Positions 22,001-30,289 of a stretch of 64,000 nucleotides of DNA are shown one piece after another. The DNA comes from Vicinamibacterales bacterium (GTDB lineage Bacteria > Acidobacteriota > Vicinamibacteria > Vicinamibacterales > UBA8438). Under the pieces are notes generated by a model, which saw nothing but the letters and a program-made list of their open reading frames with translations, did no database searches and was not told the origin of the DNA. Within the stretch, counting starts at the first letter, position 1, and every line of letters starts with the position of its first letter. The position numbers were made by a program, and so were the translations under genes. Where the stretch lies: positions 4,712,662 to 4,776,661 of the forward strand of contig OZ241843.1 in the NCBI GenBank assembly GCA_965202695.1, in the 5' to 3' direction.

Positions 22001-22821
22001 TGCGTTTCTTCAACACCACCGGTCCCGTGGTGGCGGCCGACCACTACTGCGTGCCGCCCCTCGCGCGCCTGGATCCCGGCGAACTGCTGCGGCTGGTCCG
22101 CGAGAAGCGCTACTTCGTGCTGCACGCGCCGCGGCAGACGGGCAAGACGTCGGCGCTGCTGGCGTTGCGGGATCTGCTGCGGGCCGAGGGTTTCCGCTGC
22201 GTGTACGCCAACGTCGAGGGAGGGCAGACGGCCCGCGAGGACGTGGAGCGGGCCATGCGCGTCGCGCTTGGCGCACTGGCCTCGTAGGCGGTCGAGGCGG
22301 GCGACGGCTTCCTGGACGGGATCTGGTCCGACCTGCTGACGCGGTACGGTCCCGACGGCGCGTTGCACGAGGCGCTGTCGCGCTGGACGGCGGCCGACCC
22401 GCGCCCACTGGTGCTGCTGATCGACGAGATCGACGCGCTGGTGGGCGACTCGCTGTTGTCCGTGCTGCGACAGTTGCGGGCCGGCTACGTCCGGCGACCG
22501 GCGGGATTTCCACAGAGCGTGGTGCTGTGCGGAGTGCGGGACGTGCGGGACTACCGCATCCATTCCGGGTCGGCGAACGCGATCGTCACCGGGGGCAGCG
22601 CGTTCAACGTCAAGGCGGAGTCGTTGCGGCTGGGAGATTTTTCCCGGGATGAGGTGTTCGGCGCCGGCGTTCTTTACCGCCACCCGGCCTCGGGACCGCC
22701 GCGGCGCCGGGACGATCAGCCCGCTGGCGGATCCAGGCTGCGCAGCCGGCGTTCCGCCTCGATCAACGCCGCCGCCAGATACACGATCTGCGCTTTGGGT
22801 TCCATGTCCTCGAGGGCCTGA
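21997..22821 (+). pseudogene. decayed AAA-ATPase-like gene (MRFFNTTGP.. family): in-frame TAG, and the 3' part is replaced
   Basis: ORFs 21997..22287 and 22363..22821 share one frame and are split by a TAG at 22285-22287. Walker A HAPRQTGKTS, Walker B LLIDEIDAL. Family-like sequence ends near 22660 (..LRLGDFSRDEV), then turns into Arg/Pro-rich nonsense. Confidence 0.7.
22698..22734. repeat. left copy of a 37-bp imperfect direct repeat (partner at 36659..36695)
   Basis: GCCGCGGCGCCGGGACGATCAGCCCGCTGGCGGATCC versus GCCGCGGCTCCGGGACGATCAGCCCGCCGGCGGATTC, 34 of 37 identical. Each copy is centred on the stop codon of a minus-strand ORF ending ..PPAG*. Confidence 0.85.
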
Positions 22822-22979
22822 CCGCCGCCGACGTCGGTCAGGAGCCAACTCTGCATTTCCCACTCTCTGTCCACGATCTCGTCCGCTGGCCAGACTACCC
22901 GCCGCATGCGGTCGCCCCTGACAGGCGCATCTATCGAACGCCACGCGCCGCCGTCCGCCCTCGTCGTCTCATCAGTCAT
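22716..22979 (-). CDS. small hypothetical protein (87 aa), last gene of the defence operon
   Basis: GGAGAGG RBS before the ATG at 22979. It begins 36 nt after the stop of the 1871-aa gene. No recognisable motif. Confidence 0.45.
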   Translation of the reverse strand: MTDETTRADGGAWRSIDAPVRGDRMRRVVWPADEIVDREWEMQSWLLTDVGGGQALEDMEPKAQIVYLAAALIEAERRLRSLDPPAG

Positions 22980-23015
22980 GGTCCCCTCTCCTCTCTGAGT
23001 ACGTAACCCCATACG

Positions 23016-26000
23016 TCATCCACGGTCACGTTCAGCAGGACCACGTCCTTCAGCTCCTTGAACAGCTTTTCCTCGTTGGAACGAAGGGCTTGTGACTACC
23101 GCCGTCTTCGTGCCGCCCCCGTGTCGCGTGACGCGCGGCCGGCAACGGACCTTCACCGCGCCCCGGGTGAACGCGTCGTCGGTGGCCCGGCTGCTCCAGG
23201 CGAACGCCTCGCCCGGACCGAGGGCGGCGAGCTTCGCGGGCGTCAGCGCGTCGAGCGCCGCGTTCGCCTTCTGCACGTGTTTCAACCAGGCCGGCGAATT
23301 GAACTTGTGCAGGATGATCTGGGTGGACAACTCGATGAGCGCGGTCGGGACGGATGGAGGATCCTGCGAAGCCACCATCACGGTCGTACCCTTGTGCCGC
23401 ATCTCGCGGACCACTTCGACCAGTCCGGCCACGAGGTCGGGACTGTCGATGTACTTGTGGGCCTCGTCGAACACGACCAGCTTGTTGAAACGGCGACCCT
23501 GCCAGGTGGTTTCGGCGAACATCTGCAGCAGTACGACGAAGAGTCCGAGCGCCTCGTCCTTTTCGACGAGTTCGTCCCGAAGGTCGACGATGACGAGACG
23601 TCCCGGACGCAGGACGTCCGTCAGCCGGCGGGTGTCGTCGATATATTCCTCCGCGAAGCGCAGTCGCAGCAGGGCAAGCTCCTTCAGGTAGTCGGACAGG
23701 CCGGAGTCCTGCACTTCCCGGCGCAGGGCGTTCAGGGTGATCTCGCCACGCAGCTTCTTCATGATCAGCGCGAGTTGCCGGATGTACAGGCTCTGGCTGC
23801 CGACGGCGCCCATGAGGAACTTCCAGTGCGACGCCTTCAGCTCCGACGCTGCGAATCCGATCGGCAGGACCTCGACGCCGGGATGCTCGGCGCGGCGCTC
23901 CGCGACTTTGGAGGCCGGGGCCAGAATCACCAGATCTTCCAGCGCCCGCGGCGTCGCGCCGTATTCGGCCCGCAAGGCGTCCACTTCCGGCCCGCCGGCG
24001 TTGGGCGCGGCCATCGAAGTGAACTCCGGCCGGTAGTCGAGCGTCGCGCTGTAGTGGAAGATCACCCCGGCGAGCGGATGCGGAAGCCGGTTCACGCCCT
24101 CGATCGGCATGCAGGCCATCTCGACGACGCTCCCCAACGTATAACTCTTGCCGCCGCCCTGGACGCCGAAGAGGCTGATCGTGTGGGTCTGGTTCAGGTC
24201 GAGCGCGATCTTGCGGCCGGAAGTCCGGCCGAGCACGCCGTACTGGGGCGATGCCGCGGTCGCACCGAGGATGGCGTCGCAGGCGGGGGCGCCCTCGTCC
24301 GCGACCGGCTCCGCCACGGCAACGGGCAGCACCGGTTGCACTGGGGTTTCCTGCCGCCGCGTGGCTGGTGGCTTCGGTTCCTGGGTTTCCGGCGCGGCCG
24401 GCAACTTCGGCTCCGCCGCCGCCCGCCCGTCACCGCGCAACGCCTCCGGCTCCGCCGCCGCCCGCCCGGTCCGCGGCTTCTCCCGGGGCCCGGACCCCGG
24501 CCGGTCACCGGACGGTTCACGTTCCCCGCCGGCGGGTTCGCCGCCGACCGGCGTGGACGCAGTCGCCTCCGTGCTCGACACGACCGCCTCTTCAAGCCGC
24601 GCGATTCCGCCGGCCGGAGCGTCCGCCGCCCCGCGGTCGACGTCGGAAGTCGATCGCGCACGTTCCGCCGCCAGGAACGCGGCGGTTTCGAGACGGGGCA
24701 GCAGCCGTTCCACCGGCCGCCCGGCTGCGCGCGGCGCGCCGCCGGAGCCGCCACCGACCGCGCCGACCGCGCGCTCCACGAGACCGCGAATCAGATCGAT
24801 GCCCACACGGTGGAACTCGACGCCCGCTTCGTGTTCCGGCGGCTCCGTTCCGGACTTGTCGAAGTCGAACACCAGACCGCTGCGCGAAAACCGGAGCGAA
24901 TAGCCGTCTTCCAGCGCGTCGAGAAACGACCGGGCCTCCGCTGCAGCGGCGGAATCCAGCAGGTCGTACCGCACGCCACGGTCCAGATGGAACCCGATCA
25001 GGACGCCCAGCTCGCGGGTCTTGAGCAGTCGGTCCGGACGGTCGGGCGCAGCACGCCGGGGGTCGAAATGCGTCTGGAGCACGCGCTCGCTCTGGTCTAT
25101 CTGCTCGATCATCTGCTCCTTGAGCCGGCCGTACGCACTCAGCCCGAGCTTCCGGGCGTAACACTTCACTTCGATCAGGTTGCAGGTGATCGTCCGTTGC
25201 GCGAAATCGAGATCGAACAGCGCGAGGTCCGTCCGGCGCACGGTCACCTCGTCGCCGATGGCCTCGGCCTGGTTGCGGACGCCGTGGAACAGTTCGAGGT
25301 GCGCATCGAGCGACACGACGATCTGGTTGCGCAAGGCGCCCTGATGCTCCAGGAACATGCGCGCCAGCGCCAACCCGAGGGCTTCGGCCCTTGCCGTCGG
25401 CGAGGAGACGAGCTTGAGGGCGAGACGTCCGGAAAGCGATCGCAGGTGAGCGAGGATGACGGCCGCTTGCCGCTCCCCGGCGTGGAGGCCGTATTCCGCC
25501 AGCACGGGGCCGAGGATGGCTTTCAGCTCATCGAGCGATCTCGAGCTGATGACGAGGCGGTGGCCGTGTTCGGGCGCCGCCGGCGTGTAGTCGATCAGAT
25601 AGTCGGGACGGTCGCGCCGGCCGCCGTGGTCGAAGAACTCGATGCCCATGTTCCGATCGAGGGTGAACACCCAGTCGCTGGCGTCGTGGACTTCGCTGAT
25701 CAGTGCGCGGCGGTCGGGACCGAGCACCAGACGGATGATCGGCCGGGACTCGAAGTCCGGCATGGAGCGGGCCACGGTCGCGGTCGAGGCCGAGATTCGC
25801 GCCGGGAGTCTTTCCAGGAGCATGGACGTTTCCTCCGCTCCCGCGATGATCGCCGGCGCCCCGTGACGAGGCTGCCGCTGCCACCAGACGCCGCTGTCGT
25901 CGTCCTGATAGCGCACCGTGAACGCCTGGACCAGGCCGTGCAGCGGAACGGTCTTCTCCGGCCGCAGCGGACGGCCCGCCGCGACCTGCTCGGGCGGAAA

Positions 26001-28631
26001 GAGGTCGAACAGGAAGCTGACGTGCGACCGGTAGCGGGCCGGGTCACGTCGAAAGTCGGCCGTCGCGAGGACCGCCACGGCGAGTTTCGGGAAAACGCGG
26101 CTCTGCGCCGGGATGGAGAATGCTTCGCCGCCCGATGCGCCGTTGCCCGCGAGGAGTTCCCCGATGGAGTCGCCCACGCCGGGAGCGTTCGCGTCGGGCA
26201 CGAACAGACGCACGTCGTAGCGCAGATCCCCGAACCCGTCCCGCCGCTGCAAGGCGACCAGCGCAGCGGCGAGAATCGCGGCGCGCCCCGGGTTGAACGC
26301 GTTGATGGTGAGCGTTCGCACGTAGGGATGCTGGACGAGATAGCGTTCCAGGCGCGCCGCCAGGACGTCGCCGGTGATCGCCGCACCGCCGATCGACGGT
26401 TCCGGCAGGCCGAGGGCCGCGCAAACGTCTCCGAGCAGGCCGCGCGGATCGTCCTCCGCCGCGGGCGCGTACAGCGGCCACAGTGCGTGGACGTTGTCGA
26501 CGGCGGCGAAGATGCGGCCGTCGCTGATCGGCAGCAGCGGCGGGACGTCGCCGGAGGGGATTCCGCGCAGCAGGGCCTCCCGCGCCGGCGCCGCGTGTTC
26601 GCGCGGTCCCGTGGCGGCGTCCGTGACCCATGCCGCGCCGAGTTGCGCCCAGGCGAGTTGCCGCAGGACCCGCAACGGATGGGTCGGCGCGAGAAGTGCC
26701 GCCTCGCGCACGTGTCCGCGATAGTCCCGGAGGACGAGCCGAACGGTGTCGACGGTCAACGCCGATCGCAACGACACGATCGCCTTGCGCTGGTCGCTGC
26801 CGGCCGCCCGTTCGACCTGCCCGGCAAGGTCCGCGAGCAGATCGTCGTACGCCGCGGCGTAGGCCGCGATCGCGGGGCTGTTGCTCAGGAAGTCGAGTCC
26901 CTGGGACACGAGATTCCGGGCTCCCCGCACGCGGTCGAAGTACGCCGAGCGAGCGTCCAGAAAGCTGCGCGCCGCGGCCGACGCCGGCCACTCCCCGACT
27001 TCGCCGGCCGGTGTCCGCGGCTCGCCCACGTGGATCCGCATCCGCCAGCTCAGCGGGTGTTTCGGCGATTCGAGAATGCGCTGCTCGACGTCCTTCAGCC
27101 AGCGCGCCACCGCGATCCGGAACGTGCCGTCCCGGCCGAATCCGGCTTCGAGCGTCTCCTGCGCCACGGCCCGCCGCGGCGTGCTGCGCTGCGCCCACGC
27201 AACCCGTTCCGGCGTCACCTCCGCCGGTTCGCGCTGCTGCAGGATCGCCGCGAACTGCCGTTCGAGCCGTGCGTGCTCGACGCTGTCGGCGCGGGGCACG
27301 GACCGCTGTGGCGGTTCGTCTTCCCGATCCGCCTCCGGCAGGACGTAGAACGGCTCGCTCTCGTTCGGCCGCCTGCCCGTCCGATCGGCGGGTTCTTCGA
27401 CCGGGATCGGATCGCCGTCCGCGGTCCAGGGCAGCACGCGCACGTGGTGCCAGCCCTCCTCGAAATCGATCCGGTTGAGCTTCAGGAACGAGACCGCGGC
27501 GTGCGTCCTGGCCGGCTTCCAGACCTTGACCTTGCGGGACGCGCCGACCGGACCGGCGTCCTTCGCGACGATCTGCGCCGTGAAGTGGTCCAGCCCCCGC
27601 ACTTGCCGCGGGTGCGGATCCACCTCCAGGACGACGCCGAACTTCCGGCGATCCTTCGGCGCGAGAACCTGCTGGCCGACCAGATCGGCGAGCCGGTCGT
27701 CCGCGGCTTCGTCCTCCGTCACGACGGGCAGGTCCGTATCGACGCGCACGAACCGGATCCGGTCCGGCGCGATTTCGGAACCGAACTCCCACTTGTCGAA
27801 CGACAGCTCCCAGTTCCGGCGGTCGAGCACGATTTCGCGGGTCCAGGCGACGGGATCCTCGATGCCCGTTTCCGAAAGGTAGGCGGCCAACCGGCGCCGG
27901 AGGCCCTTGTTGACGAGATCGAGGTCCAGCACCCGGCCCAGCACCGACGCGGCGGCGTCGGTCAGGCGCCGGACGCAGTGCAGGTTCTTGCGCACACGCC
28001 CGTACGCCGCCGGCGGATCGTCGAACAGCTTGAAGTCGGGAACCAGTCCCAGCTCGTACAGCGCGCCGCCGAACGCCTCGCCGTCGTTGCCGTTCGCCTG
28101 CGCGCAGAGCAGGTAGCGAACCTGGGCCGCCGTCCCCGCCCAGCTCCACGGCTGCTCCCGCAGATGCCCCAGCAGGCCGCGCACGTACCCGTGCAGCGAG
28201 GAGGGGACACGCGCCAGCACCTGCCCCCGGATGGTCTCGTAGGCGTCGCCGGTCCGGAACTCCTCGAACGTCGCGCTGCCGAACGAGTCCTCGGCGCTCG
28301 TCCGCAGGTTCGGCGGCAGGAAGACGCACAACGGCGGCCGCAGCGATCCGTCCGGCCGCGGGTTGCGCAGCTCGACCAGCTTCGTCGACGACACGTGGAG
28401 GTCGTCGCCGGGGAGAGGCGCGCCCTCCGCGAGCACGTGGACGTTGGCGGCGGGGACCTGGCGGCGCAGCGCTCCGGCGAGCGCGATCATCAGATCCGGC
28501 CCCAGGTCCGACACCCGCATGCAGTGTCCCGGCTTCCTGTCGCGCAACGCGGCCACGAGCGCGGGCAGGAACAGCTCTTCGATGCTGCGCGTGAGGTCGG
28601 AAGCAGGAAGGGCCCGGAACGCGCCGCTCAT
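23016..28631 (-). CDS. 1871-aa protein: large unknown N-terminal region, PD-(D/E)xK-like motif, Ala/Pro/Glu-rich linker, C-terminal HerA/FtsK(DUF87)-like ATPase (DptH-like architecture)
   Basis: ATGA overlap with the upstream gene. TDLALFDLD..NLIEVKCY near aa 1135-1157. Walker A FGVQGGGKS (aa 1489-1496), Walker B KLVVFDEAHKY (aa 1717-1727). The antisense 1867-aa ORF is an Arg/Gly/Pro-rich artefact. Confidence 0.85.
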   Translation of the reverse strand: MSGAFRALPASDLTRSIEELFLPALVAALRDRKPGHCMRVSDLGPDLMIALAGALRRQVPAANVHVLAEGAPLPGDDLHVSSTKLVELRNPRPDGSLRPPLCVFLPPNLRTSAEDSFGSATFEEFRTGDAYETIRGQVLARVPSSLHGYVRGLLGHLREQPWSWAGTAAQVRYLLCAQANGNDGEAFGGALYELGLVPDFKLFDDPPAAYGRVRKNLHCVRRLTDAAASVLGRVLDLDLVNKGLRRRLAAYLSETGIEDPVAWTREIVLDRRNWELSFDKWEFGSEIAPDRIRFVRVDTDLPVVTEDEAADDRLADLVGQQVLAPKDRRKFGVVLEVDPHPRQVRGLDHFTAQIVAKDAGPVGASRKVKVWKPARTHAAVSFLKLNRIDFEEGWHHVRVLPWTADGDPIPVEEPADRTGRRPNESEPFYVLPEADREDEPPQRSVPRADSVEHARLERQFAAILQQREPAEVTPERVAWAQRSTPRRAVAQETLEAGFGRDGTFRIAVARWLKDVEQRILESPKHPLSWRMRIHVGEPRTPAGEVGEWPASAAARSFLDARSAYFDRVRGARNLVSQGLDFLSNSPAIAAYAAAYDDLLADLAGQVERAAGSDQRKAIVSLRSALTVDTVRLVLRDYRGHVREAALLAPTHPLRVLRQLAWAQLGAAWVTDAATGPREHAAPAREALLRGIPSGDVPPLLPISDGRIFAAVDNVHALWPLYAPAAEDDPRGLLGDVCAALGLPEPSIGGAAITGDVLAARLERYLVQHPYVRTLTINAFNPGRAAILAAALVALQRRDGFGDLRYDVRLFVPDANAPGVGDSIGELLAGNGASGGEAFSIPAQSRVFPKLAVAVLATADFRRDPARYRSHVSFLFDLFPPEQVAAGRPLRPEKTVPLHGLVQAFTVRYQDDDSGVWWQRQPRHGAPAIIAGAEETSMLLERLPARISASTATVARSMPDFESRPIIRLVLGPDRRALISEVHDASDWVFTLDRNMGIEFFDHGGRRDRPDYLIDYTPAAPEHGHRLVISSRSLDELKAILGPVLAEYGLHAGERQAAVILAHLRSLSGRLALKLVSSPTARAEALGLALARMFLEHQGALRNQIVVSLDAHLELFHGVRNQAEAIGDEVTVRRTDLALFDLDFAQRTITCNLIEVKCYARKLGLSAYGRLKEQMIEQIDQSERVLQTHFDPRRAAPDRPDRLLKTRELGVLIGFHLDRGVRYDLLDSAAAAEARSFLDALEDGYSLRFSRSGLVFDFDKSGTEPPEHEAGVEFHRVGIDLIRGLVERAVGAVGGGSGGAPRAAGRPVERLLPRLETAAFLAAERARSTSDVDRGAADAPAGGIARLEEAVVSSTEATASTPVGGEPAGGEREPSGDRPGSGPREKPRTGRAAAEPEALRGDGRAAAEPKLPAAPETQEPKPPATRRQETPVQPVLPVAVAEPVADEGAPACDAILGATAASPQYGVLGRTSGRKIALDLNQTHTISLFGVQGGGKSYTLGSVVEMACMPIEGVNRLPHPLAGVIFHYSATLDYRPEFTSMAAPNAGGPEVDALRAEYGATPRALEDLVILAPASKVAERRAEHPGVEVLPIGFAASELKASHWKFLMGAVGSQSLYIRQLALIMKKLRGEITLNALRREVQDSGLSDYLKELALLRLRFAEEYIDDTRRLTDVLRPGRLVIVDLRDELVEKDEALGLFVVLLQMFAETTWQGRRFNKLVVFDEAHKYIDSPDLVAGLVEVVREMRHKGTTVMVASQDPPSVPTALIELSTQIILHKFNSPAWLKHVQKANAALDALTPAKLAALGPGEAFAWSSRATDDAFTRGAVKVRCRPRVTRHGGGTKTAVVTSPSFQRGKAVQGAEGRGPAERDRG

Positions 28632-30289
28632 GCCGAACCCCCGGACGCCGAAATCGTGTAGCGGGGCGTGATCGTCTGGGTCACGAACGCGTCGGACAGG
28701 TCGCGGAAGAACCCGACTTCCCGCAACCGGTTCCTGAAGTGCTCCCCGTTCGCCCGGAGCGCGGCGAGGTCGTCGACGTCGGGCGCGTCGAACCCGTCAC
28801 CCGGAGGCAGGCGATCGACGTGGATCCCGTAGCGTTCGCGCAGGAACGTCACGAGCTCGTCAATCCGGATCTCGCGCGTCGAGAACCCGGAACCCGACGA
28901 TTCGAGCACCGCGATCTGCAGCAGCACCTCCAGCAGGCGGCTGCCCATGACGAAACGCCGGGCGCCGCCTCTCGACTGGCGCATCAACCCCGCGTCCCGC
29001 CGCTTGAACAGGGAGTCGAGGAACTCGGTGACGTAGCGCCGGTGGTACGGACCCCGCAACGCCATCAGCATCTCGATGAACAGGTCGAGATCGCTCAACC
29101 CCATTCCGGTCAGGCGCGCGAGCTCGGGATCGATCTCGTCGCGCGGGCGCCCGCCCGTATCCTCGAGCAGGCCGGCCAGCCGCATCTTGAAGTAGCTCTC
29201 GCGCTCGGCGGCATGCGGCGGCTCGAGAAGCTGAAGCAGATCGCCGACGCCGAAATATCCCGCCGGCGGCACGGCCAGCCGGCCGACCTTGCGGCTCAGG
29301 TACCCGGAGAACTCGTCGAGCTTGCGCAACAGGTATTGCGACTGCACGTAGAGCGGAATGCGCCGATAGTGCGCGTCCGCGCTGCGCCGGGCGAGGTCGG
29401 CCATCCGGCCGTCGAACGCGTGGCCGAGATCGACGAGCAGATGAACCCGATAGGGGCAGCTTCCGTGGGCGCGCATCCGTCCCGGCTGCACGGGGCAGTT
29501 GCCCGGCGCGCACGTCGGGTCGGCGCCCCGCCGGCGCACCAGCACGGGAAGCAGCTTGATGAGCCGCAGGTAGTAGAGGCCCAGGTGGAACGCGAACAGG
29601 GTCTTCAGGTACTCGACCAGGACGGAGCGCGGCACGTGCCGTTCGTAGGCCAGCAACCGCAGCACGTCGTCGGCCAGCAGATCGACCTGGCCGACGCACA
29701 GCGGCGGAAAGCGCTCCGGCTCCTGCGAGTCCTTCATGTCCACCGTCACCTGCCGATCGAAATGCAGGAGCGCCTGCGTCTCGACGTCGACCGGCGCGGA
29801 CGCGTCGTAGCGGTCGGTGTGCAGGTCGACGCCCGCGAAGAAGAAGCGCCGCAACGCATCGCGGGCGGCCTGGCCGCGCCCGCCGCGGGCGTGGTAGAGC
29901 ATCCAGTAGAGCTGCTCGGCCGCGCCGTAGTCGCGGGCGTGGCGCGCGTTCCGGAACTTGTAGGTGTTTCCGTGCAGGGGCCGCGGCGCCGCCAGCGCCT
30001 GGTTCGGTTTCCCCCGGTTCACCAGATCCATCAGGTCCGTTTCGATCCAGCGCTCGACGACGTCCGGGTGCTCGTCGAAGCCCGCGAACATGCCCGGGTC
30101 CTTCGTGTACTCCCGGGCGAAGTCCCCGACCGTCAGGTCGTGCCGGCGCGGCGGCCGGCGCGTGCCGTAGCCGTCGAACCGGAGCCGCGGAAACAGCATG
30201 GTCAGCACCCGGTCCATGTTGAGCGGCTTGAAGTCGATGTAGGACAGCTTCTCGAGGCGGAACTCCCGGTCGCGGCCCTTGAGCGCCAT
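28628..30289 (-). CDS. 553-aa protein of unknown function (DptG-like position)
   Basis: Its ATG at 30289 overlaps the kinase-gene stop by 1 nt, and its stop overlaps the next start (ATGA). Normal composition. Cys cluster CAPGNCPVQPGRMRAHGSCPY. Confidence 0.75.
   Translation of the reverse strand: MALKGRDREFRLEKLSYIDFKPLNMDRVLTMLFPRLRFDGYGTRRPPRRHDLTVGDFAREYTKDPGMFAGFDEHPDVVERWIETDLMDLVNRGKPNQALAAPRPLHGNTYKFRNARHARDYGAAEQLYWMLYHARGGRGQAARDALRRFFFAGVDLHTDRYDASAPVDVETQALLHFDRQVTVDMKDSQEPERFPPLCVGQVDLLADDVLRLLAYERHVPRSVLVEYLKTLFAFHLGLYYLRLIKLLPVLVRRRGADPTCAPGNCPVQPGRMRAHGSCPYRVHLLVDLGHAFDGRMADLARRSADAHYRRIPLYVQSQYLLRKLDEFSGYLSRKVGRLAVPPAGYFGVGDLLQLLEPPHAAERESYFKMRLAGLLEDTGGRPRDEIDPELARLTGMGLSDLDLFIEMLMALRGPYHRRYVTEFLDSLFKRRDAGLMRQSRGGARRFVMGSRLLEVLLQIAVLESSGSGFSTREIRIDELVTFLRERYGIHVDRLPPGDGFDAPDVDDLAALRANGEHFRNRLREVGFFRDLSDAFVTQTITPRYTISASGGSA

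Noticed and set aside
24252-24764. The Ala/Pro/Glu-rich stretch in the 1871-aa gene as a frameshift or a fusion of two genes
   Set aside because: The reading frame stays open and in phase, with motif-bearing sequence on both sides, and there is no internal RBS/ATG arrangement. It is more simply read as a disordered interdomain linker.
23058-28661. 1867-aa ORF on the plus strand, almost exactly antisense to the 1871-aa gene
   Set aside because: Its product is dominated by Arg, Gly, Pro, Ala and His with no motifs. The minus-strand product has Walker A/B motifs and normal composition. Long antisense ORFs are expected at this GC content because stop codons are AT-rich.
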